Made by a program: the position numbers and the translations under genes | Origin: Bacillota bacterium | GTDB taxonomy: Bacteria > Bacillota > Clostridia > Peptostreptococcales > Anaerovoracaceae | NCBI GenBank assembly: GCA_017440275.1 | Contig: JAFSHN010000027.1 | Location: 2,618-66,617 of the forward strand | Direction of reading: 5' to 3' | DNA: 64,000 bases | Notes under the pieces: model-generated | What the model was told of the DNA's origin: nothing | Database searches by the model: none | What the model saw: the letters and a program-made list of their open reading frames with translations, nothing else | Shown: positions 27,810 to 37,839 of the stretch, in pieces | How positions within the stretch are numbered: position 1 is the first letter of the stretch | How the letters are laid out: each line of letters opens with the position of its first letter

Positions 27810-27944
27810 ATGAAAAGAACTTACCAGCCAAAAAAGAGACAGAGAATGAAAGAACACGGTTTCAGAAAGAGAATGGCAACTAAGAACGGTAGAAACGTTC
27901 TGAAGAGAAGAAGAGCTAGAGGTAGAAAGAAACTGACTGCTTAA
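27810..27944 (+). CDS. rpmH: 50S ribosomal protein L34
   Basis: [22 protein letters not shown]... (44 aa). Start moved to ATG 27810, behind SD AAAGGAG. Confidence 0.95.
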   Translation: MKRTYQPKKRQRMKEHGFRKRMATKNGRNVLKRRRARGRKKLTA

Positions 27945-27966
27945 TTCTTAGAAAAGGTCAAAAATT

Positions 27967-28302
27967 ATGCTAAAAAAGAATGTTTTGAGGAAAAACAGTG
28001 ATTTTTCCGGTATTTATAAGAGAGGCAAGTCAATAGGAGACAGATATGTAGTTCTATTTTATCGTGCCAATAAGCTCGGATACAACAGAACAGGGTTTTT
28101 AGCGAGCAAAAAAGTCGGAAATAGTGTTAAAAGAAACAGGGCGAAGAGATTAATGAAAGAAAGCTATAGGGCAATTAGTTACAAATTACCTGAAGGTTAT
28201 GATTTTATAATAATAGCCAGAAACACTATAGACGGCAAGAAATGTCAGGATGTACAGAGATCTCTGTACAATGCATTTAAAAGAACCGGAGTAATGAAGT
28301 AA
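27967..28302 (+). CDS. rnpA: ribonuclease P protein component
   Basis: 111 aa, basic, RNR-type motif [18 protein letters not shown]. Synteny after rpmH. Confidence 0.9.
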   Translation: MLKKNVLRKNSDFSGIYKRGKSIGDRYVVLFYRANKLGYNRTGFLASKKVGNSVKRNRAKRLMKESYRAISYKLPEGYDFIIIARNTIDGKKCQDVQRSLYNAFKRTGVMK

Positions 28303-28303
28303 T

Positions 28304-28534
28304 ATGAAATTTATAAGCCGAATTGTAAAAAAAATCATGATTCTTTTTATCAGATTTTATCAATTGTGCATTTCGCCTTATTTTCCTGCGACTTGCCGGT
28401 TCACACCTACCTGCTCCACCTATTTTATTCAAGCTTTAGAAAAATATGGAGTTTTTAAAGGTAGTTACTTAGGAATTAAACGTATTTTAAAGTGTCATCC
28501 GTGGCATGAAGGCGGATATGACCCTTTAAAATGA
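28304..28534 (+). CDS. yidD: membrane protein insertion efficiency factor YidD
   Basis: [22 protein letters not shown]...[11 protein letters not shown] is the YidD signature. Confidence 0.9.
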   Translation: MKFISRIVKKIMILFIRFYQLCISPYFPATCRFTPTCSTYFIQALEKYGVFKGSYLGIKRILKCHPWHEGGYDPLK

Positions 28535-28546
28535 TGGAGGAAATTA

Positions 28547-29248
28547 ATGAGAATTATCGCAGTACCTTTAGGGTATTTACTAACTTGGCTCTATGATTTC
28601 GTTGGCAGCTATGGTCTATCATTGATTATCTTCACAGTAGCAATTAAGCTTGCAATGTATCCTTTATATTCTAAGCAGATTAAGTCAACTGTGGGAATGA
28701 CAAAAATGCAGCCTAAGGTTCAGGAAATACAGCAGAAGTATAGAAATGACCAGGCTATGATGAACGAAAAGTTACAGGAGCTTTACAAGCAGGAAGGTTT
28801 CAGCATGTATGGCGGATGTCTTCCTATGATTATTCAGATGGTAATTATCATGGGTCTGTTCTCATTATTGAGAAACCCAATGAGTTACATTGAATCTGAA
28901 CAGATGTTACTGGCTATCCACGAATCCTTCTTATGGATTCCTGACTTGGCTCAGCCTGATAAGTGGATTCTTCCAATCGTTTCAGGTGTAGCAACATTTA
29001 TTGCGTTTGCTTTCTCACAGACAAGCCAGCCTGGAGGAAATGCTGCTCAAATGAAGATGATGACTAACATGATGAAATATTTCTTCCCTGTTATGATTCT
29101 CCTCATGGCAAGAAGCTATCCGGCAGGTTTAGCTATTTACTGGGCAGGAAGCCAGGTTGTACAGATCTTCTATAACATCAGATTTAAGAAGTTAAAGAAG
29201 AAATTAATGAACCCAACAAAGACTAAAAAGAAGCCAGTTAAAGCATAA
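28547..29248 (+). CDS. yidC: YidC/Oxa1 family membrane protein insertase
   Basis: 233 aa with the five-TM Gram-positive YidC pattern (MQPKVQEIQQKY, GCLPMIIQM). Synteny. Confidence 0.9.
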   Translation: MRIIAVPLGYLLTWLYDFVGSYGLSLIIFTVAIKLAMYPLYSKQIKSTVGMTKMQPKVQEIQQKYRNDQAMMNEKLQELYKQEGFSMYGGCLPMIIQMVIIMGLFSLLRNPMSYIESEQMLLAIHESFLWIPDLAQPDKWILPIVSGVATFIAFAFSQTSQPGGNAAQMKMMTNMMKYFFPVMILLMARSYPAGLAIYWAGSQVVQIFYNIRFKKLKKKLMNPTKTKKKPVKA

Positions 29249-29274
29249 GTGCATTATTGGAGGAAAACAAAAAC

Positions 29275-30102
29275 ATGGCAATGGATTATTCAGAAAAGTG
29301 GGGGACAGATGTTGATACAGCTGTTCAGTTAGCACTTGCTGACCTGAAACTCACAATTGATGAAGTCGATGTTACTGTTTTGGAAGAGCCTTCAAGAGGA
29401 TTTTTCGGTATCGGTTCTAAACTCGCATTAGTAAGAGTTGAAAAGAAAAAGACACCGGAAGTAGTTGTTTCTGAAATTAAAGAAGAAAAGGTTGCCGAAA
29501 AACCTGAAAAGGCACAAACTGAAAAAGCAGTAGCACCTAAAAAAGAAAAAAACAATAGAGATAAGAAAAATAAGAAGCACGCTAATACAGAAACTCCAAA
29601 GGAAAAGGTTGAAGTAAAACCTGTTATCGAAAGAGTTGCTGAAGAAAATTTAGTTGCTTTAGAAAATCATATAGCTATTGATTTCTTAAAAGAAGTTACA
29701 GCCGATATGGGTCTGGAACTTGAAATCACTGCAAAAGCCGGAGAAGAATCCCTCTATATTAATATTCAGGGTAAAGATTCCGGAACTATTATCGGCAAAA
29801 GAGGTCAGACACTCGATGCCATTCAGTATTTAACAAGCCTTGTTGTAAACAAAGAAAATGAACAATACACAAGAGTTGTTGTTGATGCTGAAAACTACAG
29901 AGCAAAAAGAGAAAAGACTCTGGAAGCGTTAGCACAGAGACTTGCATCTAAAGTTGCAAAGACAAAGAGAAGTGTTAAGCTTGAACCAATGAATCCTTAC
30001 GAAAGAAAGGTTATTCATGCTACACTTCAGAACCACCCACAAGTGGTAACAAGAAGCGAGGGACAGGACCCATACAGAAGGGTTGTCATTGAGCTTAAGT
30101 AG
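29275..30102 (+). CDS. jag: RNA-binding protein Jag/KhpB (KH + R3H domains)
   Basis: C-terminal KH (GKRGQTLDAIQYL) and R3H (ERKVIHATLQ) motifs. Start set to ATG 29275, behind GGAGGA. A TTG at 29257 is the alternative start. Confidence 0.85.
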   Translation: MAMDYSEKWGTDVDTAVQLALADLKLTIDEVDVTVLEEPSRGFFGIGSKLALVRVEKKKTPEVVVSEIKEEKVAEKPEKAQTEKAVAPKKEKNNRDKKNKKHANTETPKEKVEVKPVIERVAEENLVALENHIAIDFLKEVTADMGLELEITAKAGEESLYINIQGKDSGTIIGKRGQTLDAIQYLTSLVVNKENEQYTRVVVDAENYRAKREKTLEALAQRLASKVAKTKRSVKLEPMNPYERKVIHATLQNHPQVVTRSEGQDPYRRVVIELK

Positions 30103-30107
30103 GGTAT

Positions 30108-30138
30108 AAAGAGCTGTCCGAAAAGACAGCTCTTTTTT
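30108..30138 (+). terminator. rho-independent terminator after jag
   Basis: AAAGAGCTGTC pairs with GACAGCTCTTT and is followed by a T-run. Confidence 0.75.
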
Positions 30139-30174
30139 GAACTTTTTGCTGTAATTTATAAGGAGAATGTAACT

Positions 30175-31545
30175 ATGAGAGAAGATACAATTGCTGCAAT
30201 TGCAACTGCCACCGGAGAAGGTGGAATTGGAATTGTCAGAATAAGTGGGGAAGATTCCTTAAATATTTTAAATAAGATTTTTTGCCCTGTATCAGGAAAA
30301 ATTAATAATCGTGTTTTGTCTTATGGTCACATTATAGATCCTGACAATGACAAAACAGTGGATGAGGTTATGTCTGTATTTATGAAGGGACCTCATTCTT
30401 ATACTGCAGAAGACGTGGTTGAAATTCAGTGCCATGGAAGTGTTGTTTCGCTTCGCAAAATTCTTGCACTGACATTAAAACACGGAGCCCGTCTTGCAGA
30501 AAGAGGAGAATTTACTAAAAGAGCCTTTTTGAACGGAAGATTGGATTTATCGCAGGCCGAAGCTGTAATAGATTTAATAAAAGCTAAATCCGATAAGACT
30601 TTTGATATTGCATTATCACAACTGGAGGGAGCTTTCTCTTCAAAAATCAAAGAAATAAGAGCCGATTTAGTGGATATTCTTGTAAATCTAACTGTTAATA
30701 TTGATTATCCGGATGAAGATATTGAAGAAATGACATACGAGAAGCTTGAAGAAGGTCTTCGTCTGGTTAATAATAAAATAGAAGGATTACTTAGCACTGC
30801 AGATACAGGAAGAATTATAAATGAAGGCCTTAAGGTATCCATCGTTGGAAAACCTAATGTAGGTAAATCATCTTTAATGAATGCTCTTATGGGAGAAAAC
30901 AGGGCGATAGTTACTGATATTCCCGGTACTACAAGAGATACAATTGAAGAAAGTATAACAATCCGAGATATTCCTATTATTCTTACTGATACAGCCGGTA
31001 TTCATGAAACCGATGATGTAATTGAACAAATCGGCATTGAAAAGAGTAAAGAATCTTTTAACAAGGCAGATTTAGTAATTTTTATGCTTGATGCTTCAAG
31101 TCAACTTACTCAGGAAGATTACGAAATATTAAATCATATTGGAGAACGTAAAGCAATCGTTCTTCTTAACAAGACCGACATCGGTAAAAATATTGATGAA
31201 ACAGAAATAAAGAATGTGCTGAATGATGCTTTTATAATTGAAACTGCAGTTAGAGAGGGCATTGGTATTTCAGCCCTTGCTGATATTATTGAAAATATGG
31301 TTTACGGCGGTGAAGTGAGCCAGAAGAGCAGCCTTCTTGTAACAAATGTGCGTCATAAAAATATTCTCGAGGAATCAAATCAATCTATCATTGATGCACT
31401 TGATTTAATTGCTGCATGGCAGCCACTTGAATTTATTGAAATTGATGTAAACAGATGTTACGAACTTCTTGGTGAAATTATCGGCGAAACGGCGGCAGAC
31501 GATATAATCGAAAAAGTATTTGAAAGATTCTGCTTAGGTAAATAA
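30175..31545 (+). CDS. mnmE: tRNA modification GTPase MnmE
   Basis: G1 [10 protein letters not shown]3 DTAGI, NKTD, and the C-terminal CLGK motif. Confidence 0.95.
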   Translation: MREDTIAAIATATGEGGIGIVRISGEDSLNILNKIFCPVSGKINNRVLSYGHIIDPDNDKTVDEVMSVFMKGPHSYTAEDVVEIQCHGSVVSLRKILALTLKHGARLAERGEFTKRAFLNGRLDLSQAEAVIDLIKAKSDKTFDIALSQLEGAFSSKIKEIRADLVDILVNLTVNIDYPDEDIEEMTYEKLEEGLRLVNNKIEGLLSTADTGRIINEGLKVSIVGKPNVGKSSLMNALMGENRAIVTDIPGTTRDTIEESITIRDIPIILTDTAGIHETDDVIEQIGIEKSKESFNKADLVIFMLDASSQLTQEDYEILNHIGERKAIVLLNKTDIGKNIDETEIKNVLNDAFIIETAVREGIGISALADIIENMVYGGEVSQKSSLLVTNVRHKNILEESNQSIIDALDLIAAWQPLEFIEIDVNRCYELLGEIIGETAADDIIEKVFERFCLGK

Positions 31546-31565
31546 GCCGGAAAGGATTATATATA

Positions 31566-33446
31566 ATGGAAAGAATTTTTATGGGAGAATATGATGTTAT
31601 AGTTGTAGGTGCAGGTCACGCCGGATGTGAAGCTGCTCTTGCTGCTGCCAGAATGGGCAAGAAAACTCTCATGTTCTCTATGAATCTCGAAGCAGTAGCT
31701 ATGATGCCTTGCAACCCTTCAATAGGAGGTACAGGTAAAGGTCATCTGGTAAGAGAAATAGATGCTCTTGGTGGGGAAATGGGTCTCAACATTGACAAGA
31801 CTTTCCTTCAGAGCAAAATGCTCAACACAGCTAAGGGTCCTGCTGTTCACTCTTTGCGTGCACAGGCCGACAAGAATCGCTACCACGTAGAGATGAAGAA
31901 GACAATTGAACAAACTCCTAATTTAGATATGCGCCAAGGTGAAGTTACTGACTTAATTGTGGAAGATGGCAAAGTTTGCGGTGTTGAAACTCAGACAGGA
32001 ACATATTTCACAGCTAAGGCTGTAATTCTTGCAACTGGAACTTTCCTGGCAGGAAAAATATTTATTGGAAGCAGTGTTTTTGAAAGCGGACCAAATGGTC
32101 TTGCTCCATCAAACCTTTTGGCAGAAAACCTTAAAAAACACGGTATGAAACTTCGTCGTTTCAAAACAGGTACCCCTGCAAGATGTCTTGGAAGCAGTCT
32201 TGACTATTCCAAGATGATTGAGCAAAAGGGAGATGAAAAAAAAGTTCCTTTTTCATTCCTTAATGATGAAGTAGGAGAAAACAAAATTTCCTGTTGGCTT
32301 ACATATACTAATGAAGAAACTCATAAAGTTATCAGAGCAAATTTCCATCGTTCTGCACTTTTTGGAGGCCAGATTGAAGGTATAGGTCCAAGATATTGTC
32401 CATCCATCGAAGATAAGATTAACAGATTTGCAGACAAGGAAAGACATCAAACTTTTATTGAGCCGGAAGGTTTAGATACAGACGAAATGTATATTCAAGG
32501 TATGTCTTCAAGTTTGCCTGAAGATGTACAGGTGGCATTTTATAAGACAATTCCCGGTCTGGAGAATTTGAGAATTACAAGACCGGCTTATGCTATTGAA
32601 TACGACTGTATAGATCCGCAAGATTTGAAATTAAATCTTGAAAACAGACACATCGAAAACCTTTTCTGTGCCGGACAATTTAACGGAAGTTCCGGTTATG
32701 AAGAAGCGGCAGCACAGGGCTTAATGGCCGGAATTAACGCTGTTTTGAAAATTTCGGGCAAAAATCCGCTGGTTCTTGGAAGAAACGAGGCTTATATTGG
32801 CGTTCTAATCGACGATTTGGTGACTAAAGGTACTAATGAACCTTACAGAATAATGACGTCCAGAGCCGAATATAGACTGGTTCTGAGGCAGGACAACGCA
32901 GATTTGCGTTTGACAGAGAAAGGATACCAGGTTGGACTGGCTACAGAAGAGCGTTACCAGCGTTATTTACAGAAAAAAGAGAATGTGGCAAAAGAAATGA
33001 CTCGTATGGAAGAAAAGTCTTTTGCTCCATCTGAAGTAAACTCATTTTTGGAAGCCCACGGAACCTCACCTGTTCAGGGTCGAATTTCAATGGCTGAATT
33101 ATTGAAGAGACCACAGATTACTTATGAAGATTTGGCTGAAATAGATGATGAAACAAGACCTGATTTATCTTATCACGAAGTGACTCAATTGGAAGTTCAG
33201 GTAAAGTATGAAGGCTATATCAATAAACAGCTTTCTCAGATTGAGCGTTTCAAGAAATTGGAAGACAGAAAGTTGAGCCAGGATATTGATTATTCATCTA
33301 TTGAAGGTCTTAGAATTGAGGCTGCTCAGAAACTTAATCAGATTAAGCCTGAGTCAATGGGACAGGCTTCAAGAATTTCCGGAGTATCTCCGGCAGACAT
33401 TAACGTGCTCCTGGTATATTTAGAAAAGAAGAGAAGAGGCAAATAG
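31566..33446 (+). CDS. mnmG: tRNA uridine 5-carboxymethylaminomethyl modification enzyme MnmG
   Basis: FAD motif [12 protein letters not shown]. 626 aa. An alternative start at 31581 is possible. Confidence 0.95.
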   Translation: MERIFMGEYDVIVVGAGHAGCEAALAAARMGKKTLMFSMNLEAVAMMPCNPSIGGTGKGHLVREIDALGGEMGLNIDKTFLQSKMLNTAKGPAVHSLRAQADKNRYHVEMKKTIEQTPNLDMRQGEVTDLIVEDGKVCGVETQTGTYFTAKAVILATGTFLAGKIFIGSSVFESGPNGLAPSNLLAENLKKHGMKLRRFKTGTPARCLGSSLDYSKMIEQKGDEKKVPFSFLNDEVGENKISCWLTYTNEETHKVIRANFHRSALFGGQIEGIGPRYCPSIEDKINRFADKERHQTFIEPEGLDTDEMYIQGMSSSLPEDVQVAFYKTIPGLENLRITRPAYAIEYDCIDPQDLKLNLENRHIENLFCAGQFNGSSGYEEAAAQGLMAGINAVLKISGKNPLVLGRNEAYIGVLIDDLVTKGTNEPYRIMTSRAEYRLVLRQDNADLRLTEKGYQVGLATEERYQRYLQKKENVAKEMTRMEEKSFAPSEVNSFLEAHGTSPVQGRISMAELLKRPQITYEDLAEIDDETRPDLSYHEVTQLEVQVKYEGYINKQLSQIERFKKLEDRKLSQDIDYSSIEGLRIEAAQKLNQIKPESMGQASRISGVSPADINVLLVYLEKKRRGK

Positions 33447-34156
33447 TGAAACAATTAATCGACTATTTAGAAAAAAATAATATTTCTTTCGACGATGAAA
33501 CTGTTGCAAAGTTTGAAGGATATCGCAGCAGAATTCTGGAACTTAATGAACACATCAATTTGACGGCAATTAAAGATCCGGAAGAGTTTACATTGAAGCA
33601 TTTTGTTGACTCAATAACTTGCTATAACATACCTGAATATCAGGACGCAGATAGAATTCTGGATTTAGGCACAGGTGCCGGATTCCCGGGAGTGCCGCTT
33701 GCAATTCTTTCTCCTGAAAAAGAATTTGTGCTTGTTGATTCTCTTAATAAGCGTCTTAAGATTATTATGCAGCTTTGTGACGAACTTGGTATTAAAAATG
33801 TAACTACGGTTCACGGCAGAGCAGAAGATTTGGCCAAGCAGGAAATTCATCGCGAAAAGTACGATATGTGTATCTCCAGAGCAGTTGCTAATCTCAACGT
33901 CCTCAGCGAGTATTGTCTGCCTTTTGTAAAGGTTGGCGGATATATGGCTGCTTACAAAGGAGCCGATGCACAAAACGAAGTGGACGATGCAAAAAAAGCA
34001 ATGAAAATTCTCGGTGCTGTAGACTACAGATTACATGATGCCTCCATTGGAGACAGCGGCAGAGACCATCAAATTCTGCTGGTAAAAAAAGGAAATAAGA
34101 CGCCGTCGAAATATCCTCGAAAAGCTGGAACACCCGTGAAAGAGCCCCTAAAGTAA
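33446..34156 (+). CDS. rsmG: 16S rRNA (guanine527-N7)-methyltransferase
   Basis: SAM motif DLGTGAGFPGVPLAI. GTG start overlaps the mnmG stop. Synteny. Confidence 0.9.
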   Translation: MKQLIDYLEKNNISFDDETVAKFEGYRSRILELNEHINLTAIKDPEEFTLKHFVDSITCYNIPEYQDADRILDLGTGAGFPGVPLAILSPEKEFVLVDSLNKRLKIIMQLCDELGIKNVTTVHGRAEDLAKQEIHREKYDMCISRAVANLNVLSEYCLPFVKVGGYMAAYKGADAQNEVDDAKKAMKILGAVDYRLHDASIGDSGRDHQILLVKKGNKTPSKYPRKAGTPVKEPLK

Positions 34157-34174
34157 AACTTTTAGGGGTTTTTT
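34145..34174 (+). terminator. terminator after rsmG
   Basis: CCCCTAAA pairs with TTTAGGGG and is followed by T6. Confidence 0.6.
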
Positions 34175-34238
34175 AGTGACAATAATTTTTCATATCACCT
34201 CCGGGAAATGTTATGATTTTTGCAAAGGGGGAAACCAG

Positions 34239-35075
34239 ATGGATAAGTTTAAAATGAGTATCAGGGGGTTTATGGGGGAAACTGAACCTTCTGCCAAAAT
34301 TTCAGAAATTCCGCTATCTCAGATTGAGGCTAATTCGGAACAGCCAAGAAAAAATTTTGATGACCTGTCATTGGCAGAATTGACTGCATCCGTCAAAGAG
34401 TACGGAATTCTGCAGCCTATAATTTTGTCCAGAGAAGGTGAAAGATATATAATTATTGCAGGTGAAAGAAGGTACAGAGCGGCCACGCTGGCAGGGCTTG
34501 AGAAAATACCTGCAATAATTAAAAATCTTGAAAACAAGGAGGCTGCTTTAATTGCCCTTGTAGAGAATGTTCAAAGGGAGGATTTGAATTATCTTGAAGA
34601 AGCCAGGGCATATAAAAAACTTATGGATGATTTCAATCTGACGCAAAGTGAGATTGCTGAAAAGGTGAGTAAGCAACAATCAACCATTTCCAACAAAATC
34701 AGATTGCTATCCTTGCCTGAGGATCTCCAGGAACAGCTTATTAATAATAGGTTGACAGAGAGACACGCAAGAGCACTTTTGAAAATTAAAGATGATGCTA
34801 CTCGTCAAAAGGTAATCAATCGTGTTATTAACAACAATCTCAACGTGAAACAGACAGAAAAGTTAATCGAAGAGGTTGCCAAGAAAACAGATGAAGCCGA
34901 AAGAAAACGCAGAAAAATTAATTACATAAGCTATAAGATTTACATCAATACTCTTAGAAAAGCATATAATCAAATAAAAGAAATGGAAAATAATGCCAAA
35001 TTTATTCAAGAGGATAAAGGGGATACTTTAGAAATAAAAATAATTTTACCTAAAAATGATAGATGTTTCACGTGA
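34239..35075 (+). CDS. noc: ParB-family nucleoid occlusion protein
   Basis: ParB box GERRYRAA plus an HTH (LTQSEIAEKVSKQQSTISN). Sits upstream of soj-spo0J as in Bacillus. Start moved to ATG 34239, behind GGGGGA. Confidence 0.7.
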   Translation: MDKFKMSIRGFMGETEPSAKISEIPLSQIEANSEQPRKNFDDLSLAELTASVKEYGILQPIILSREGERYIIIAGERRYRAATLAGLEKIPAIIKNLENKEAALIALVENVQREDLNYLEEARAYKKLMDDFNLTQSEIAEKVSKQQSTISNKIRLLSLPEDLQEQLINNRLTERHARALLKIKDDATRQKVINRVINNNLNVKQTEKLIEEVAKKTDEAERKRRKINYISYKIYINTLRKAYNQIKEMENNAKFIQEDKGDTLEIKIILPKNDRCFT

Positions 35076-35090
35076 AACATCTATTTTTTT
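35059..35090 (+). terminator. noc terminator: 26-nt perfect palindrome plus T7
   Basis: ATAGATGTTTCAC/GTGAAACATCTAT (35059-35084) followed by a T-run. Contains the noc stop codon. Confidence 0.7.
35065..35080. promoter_or_regulatory. parS: parS centromere site (perfect palindrome)
   Basis: TGTTTCACGTGAAACA matches the Firmicute parS consensus TGTTNCACGTGAAACA at every defined position. Confidence 0.85.
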
Positions 35091-35150
35091 GTAGCATTAT
35101 TCATATAAATATTATATAATAATGACATATCTAAAAGAGGAGGATTTATT

Positions 35151-35921
35151 TTGGGAAAGGCAATAGCAATATTTAATCAAAAAGGCGGAGTAGGAAAAAC
35201 TACTACAAATATTAACTTGGCAGCTTGTTTAGCTATGAGAGGGAAGAAAGTTCTTATCCTTGACATAGACCCACAGGGCAATACAACAAGCGGTATTGGG
35301 GTGTCAAAGAAAACTTTAGAAAACACAATTTATAATATTTTGGTTGATGAAAATTTTGACCCATCCGATGCTATTATAAATACATCTGTAGAAAACCTGG
35401 ATTTGATTCCGGCAAGTGTTGACTTAGCTGGCGCAGAGGTTGAACTGGTACAGATTGAAGGAAGAGAAAGAGCGCTGAAAAACGGACTGGATAAAATAAA
35501 AGATCAGTACGATTACATTTTCATCGATTGCCCTCCTTCATTAGGCTTACTTACAATTAATTCCCTTGCAGCTGTAGACAGCGTACTTATTCCTATTCAA
35601 TGTGAATTCTATGCATTGGAAGGAGTTAGTCAGCTTGTAAGCACAATTGATTTGGTTAAGAAAAGTTTAAATCCGGGTCTGGAAGTTCAGGGCGTAATTT
35701 TGAGTATGTTCGATGGCAGAACTAACTTATCAGCCCAGGTTGTACAGGAAGTTAAGAGATATTTCGGAGGTAAAGTATATTCCACTGTTATCCCTAGAAA
35801 CGTAAGACTGGCAGAAGCACCAAGTTTTGGTTTACCTATTACAGAGTACGATCCGAAATCTAAGGGAGCAGAAGCTTATATGGATTTTGCTGAAGAATTC
35901 CTTGATTTAGAGGAGGAGTAA
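35151..35921 (+). CDS. soj: ParA-family chromosome partitioning ATPase Soj
   Basis: Deviant Walker A NQKGGVGKTTT. 256 aa. TTG start behind AGAGGAGGA. Confidence 0.9.
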   Translation: MGKAIAIFNQKGGVGKTTTNINLAACLAMRGKKVLILDIDPQGNTTSGIGVSKKTLENTIYNILVDENFDPSDAIINTSVENLDLIPASVDLAGAEVELVQIEGRERALKNGLDKIKDQYDYIFIDCPPSLGLLTINSLAAVDSVLIPIQCEFYALEGVSQLVSTIDLVKKSLNPGLEVQGVILSMFDGRTNLSAQVVQEVKRYFGGKVYSTVIPRNVRLAEAPSFGLPITEYDPKSKGAEAYMDFAEEFLDLEEE

Positions 35922-35922
35922 C

Positions 35923-36831
35923 ATGGCTGCAGTAAAAAAAGGCGGACTGGGAAGAGGTCTCGATGCTCTGTTCGCAGATGTGCCTGTAAAGGAACCGGAG
36001 ATAGAAAAACCTTCCGTTGCGCGCAAAGCAGCAGCTCCGGAAGATGAAAAAGACAGGGTAAAGTATATCAAAATCCATGATATTATGCCTAATGCCAATC
36101 AGCCAAGAAAAACCTTCAATGAAGAAAAAATTGAAGAATTGGCTGCTTCAATTAAAGAACATGGAATTATACAGCCTATCGTAGTACGTAAGAAAAGCAA
36201 AGGCTATGAAATTGTTGCCGGCGAAAGAAGATGGCGAGCAGCAATGAAGGCTGAACTTAAGCAAGTCCCTTGCTTGATCAGAGAATTGGATGATGAGCAA
36301 AATATGCTCATTGCCATCATTGAAAACATGCAGAGAGAAGACCTGAACCCTATCGAAGAAGCAGAAGGTCTTCACCAAATGATTGAAACTTTTGGGATGA
36401 CACAGGAACAGGTTTCCAAGAGCGTGGGCAAAAGCAGGCCTTACATAACCAACTCTCTGAGACTTCTGAAACTGCCTGAGTATATAAGAGGAAGTATTGC
36501 AGAAGGTAAGCTTTCAGCAGGGCATGGAAGAACTCTTATTACATTAACTGATGAAGAAGCAAGAAAAAAGCTTTGGAACAAAATTTTAGAGGAAGGTCTT
36601 TCTGTTCGCGAAACGGAGAAACTGGCTTCAACGGAAGCTAAACCTAAAAAGAAAACTCCGCTTAAGAAGAAAAAGAATCCTGATGTGGCAAGAGTAGAAG
36701 AAGAACTTAAGGAAGTACTGGGTACAAAAGTTACTATCAACAACAAAGGTAATAAAGGTTCTATTGAGATAGAATACTATTCAAAAGATGAACTTGAAAG
36801 ATTGCTGGAAATGTTGAAAACACTGGCGTAA
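35923..36831 (+). CDS. spo0J: chromosome partitioning protein ParB/Spo0J
   Basis: ParB box GERRWRAA and an HTH (MTQEQVSKSVGKSRPYITN). Immediately follows soj. Confidence 0.9.
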   Translation: MAAVKKGGLGRGLDALFADVPVKEPEIEKPSVARKAAAPEDEKDRVKYIKIHDIMPNANQPRKTFNEEKIEELAASIKEHGIIQPIVVRKKSKGYEIVAGERRWRAAMKAELKQVPCLIRELDDEQNMLIAIIENMQREDLNPIEEAEGLHQMIETFGMTQEQVSKSVGKSRPYITNSLRLLKLPEYIRGSIAEGKLSAGHGRTLITLTDEEARKKLWNKILEEGLSVRETEKLASTEAKPKKKTPLKKKKNPDVARVEEELKEVLGTKVTINNKGNKGSIEIEYYSKDELERLLEMLKTLA

Positions 36832-36838
36832 AGGAGTG

Positions 36839-36854
36839 TGTTTCACATGAAACT
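36839..36854. promoter_or_regulatory. parS-like site (14/16 match)
   Basis: TGTTTCACATGAAACT differs from the consensus at the central G and the last base. Spans the ATG of the DUF1294 gene. Confidence 0.45.
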
Positions 36855-37119
36855 TTTAATATTGATAATGACCGTATGGAACATCATTACTTTTTTAATG
36901 ATGGGATTGGATAAGATGAAAGCTAAAGCTGACAGAAGAAGAATCAGTGAAAAAACTCTTCTCATGAGTGCTTTTGTTATGGGCGGAATCGGTATTGCAG
37001 TGGGAGCTGCAGTGTTCCATCACAAGACAAGAAAACTCGTTTTTAAGATAGGAATACCTTTGGCATTGATAGCTAATGCCGCAGTAATATACGGATTGAT
37101 TTATTTTAATATTGTTTAG
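36847..37119 (+). CDS. DUF1294 family membrane protein
   Basis: GLDKMKAKADRRRISEKTLL...GGIGIAVGAAVFHHKTRK is the DUF1294 pattern. Confidence 0.7.
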   Translation: MKLLILIMTVWNIITFLMMGLDKMKAKADRRRISEKTLLMSAFVMGGIGIAVGAAVFHHKTRKLVFKIGIPLALIANAAVIYGLIYFNIV

Positions 37120-37124
37120 GAGGA

Positions 37125-37156
37125 ACGACCCCTTTGAAAGGGGTCGTTGTGTTTCT
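37125..37156 (+). terminator. hairpin after the DUF1294 gene (weak terminator)
   Basis: ACGACCCCT ttgaa AGGGGTCGT (9 bp) followed by TGTGTTTCT. The U-tail is poor. Confidence 0.4.
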
Positions 37157-37690
37157 ATGGACATCAGAGAACTAGAAAAACTGATAAAAAAGGTTGCGGA
37201 AGAATTAATCGCGATAGGAATTCCTGTTTCAAGAAATATAGAAAAAATAACGATTAATGGAAGAGCAAGAAAAAGGTTAGGAGCATGCCACCGCCGCAAA
37301 TCCATGACAGGAAGATACTATTACACTATTGAAATCTCCAAGTATGCACTAAATTGTGAAGAAAAGCAGCTTCGCAGTATAATTGCGCATGAATTGCTCC
37401 ACACTTGCACAGGGTGTTTTAACCATGGAGAAAAATGGAAGAAAATGGGAGAATTAATTGAGAATAGACTGGGTTATCCCATCAGCCGGACTGTGGATTT
37501 TTCTAAACTCGGGCTGAAAGAACCTGCTGCTTCAGAAACAGTAAAATATGTTGTTATCTGCAAGGGATGCGGACAAAAAATTGAAAGAAAAAGAATGTGC
37601 AATCTGGTGAAAAATATTGAAAAATACAGGTGTGGCAAATGTGGTGACCTCCTTGAATTACAAGAAAAAAGCACTACATCTAGTAGATGA
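37157..37690 (+). CDS. SprT-like zinc metalloprotease domain protein
   Basis: HELLH zinc motif (IIAHELLHTC) and a C-terminal CxxC...CxxC ribbon. Start moved to ATG 37157, after the hairpin. Confidence 0.7.
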   Translation: MDIRELEKLIKKVAEELIAIGIPVSRNIEKITINGRARKRLGACHRRKSMTGRYYYTIEISKYALNCEEKQLRSIIAHELLHTCTGCFNHGEKWKKMGELIENRLGYPISRTVDFSKLGLKEPAASETVKYVVICKGCGQKIERKRMCNLVKNIEKYRCGKCGDLLELQEKSTTSSR

Positions 37691-37839
37691 ATTTTTTATT
37701 CCTTTATGGTATAATAAACTAATACTCTGCGCACATTTTTGCGGTCAGAATATTATCACAAAATCAACACTAAACAGGGGCAAAAAAATGTTAAAATAAC
37801 AATGTGTTTTTGCGGCTGTTTTTAAGATTGGAGAAAGTT

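Noticed and set aside
33681-33694. Possible Noc-binding site (GATTCCCGGGAGTG versus the NBS consensus ATTTCCCGGGAAAT) inside rsmG.
   Set aside because: Only the central CCCGGG core and a few flanking bases match (about 9 of 14). The sequence encodes the conserved SAM-binding GFPG motif, which explains it.
37617-37799. 60-aa ORF bridging the SprT-like gene end and the GdpP-like gene.
   Set aside because: It largely overlaps the SprT-like CDS in another frame and continues through AT-rich promoter-like DNA. No SD or motif is present.
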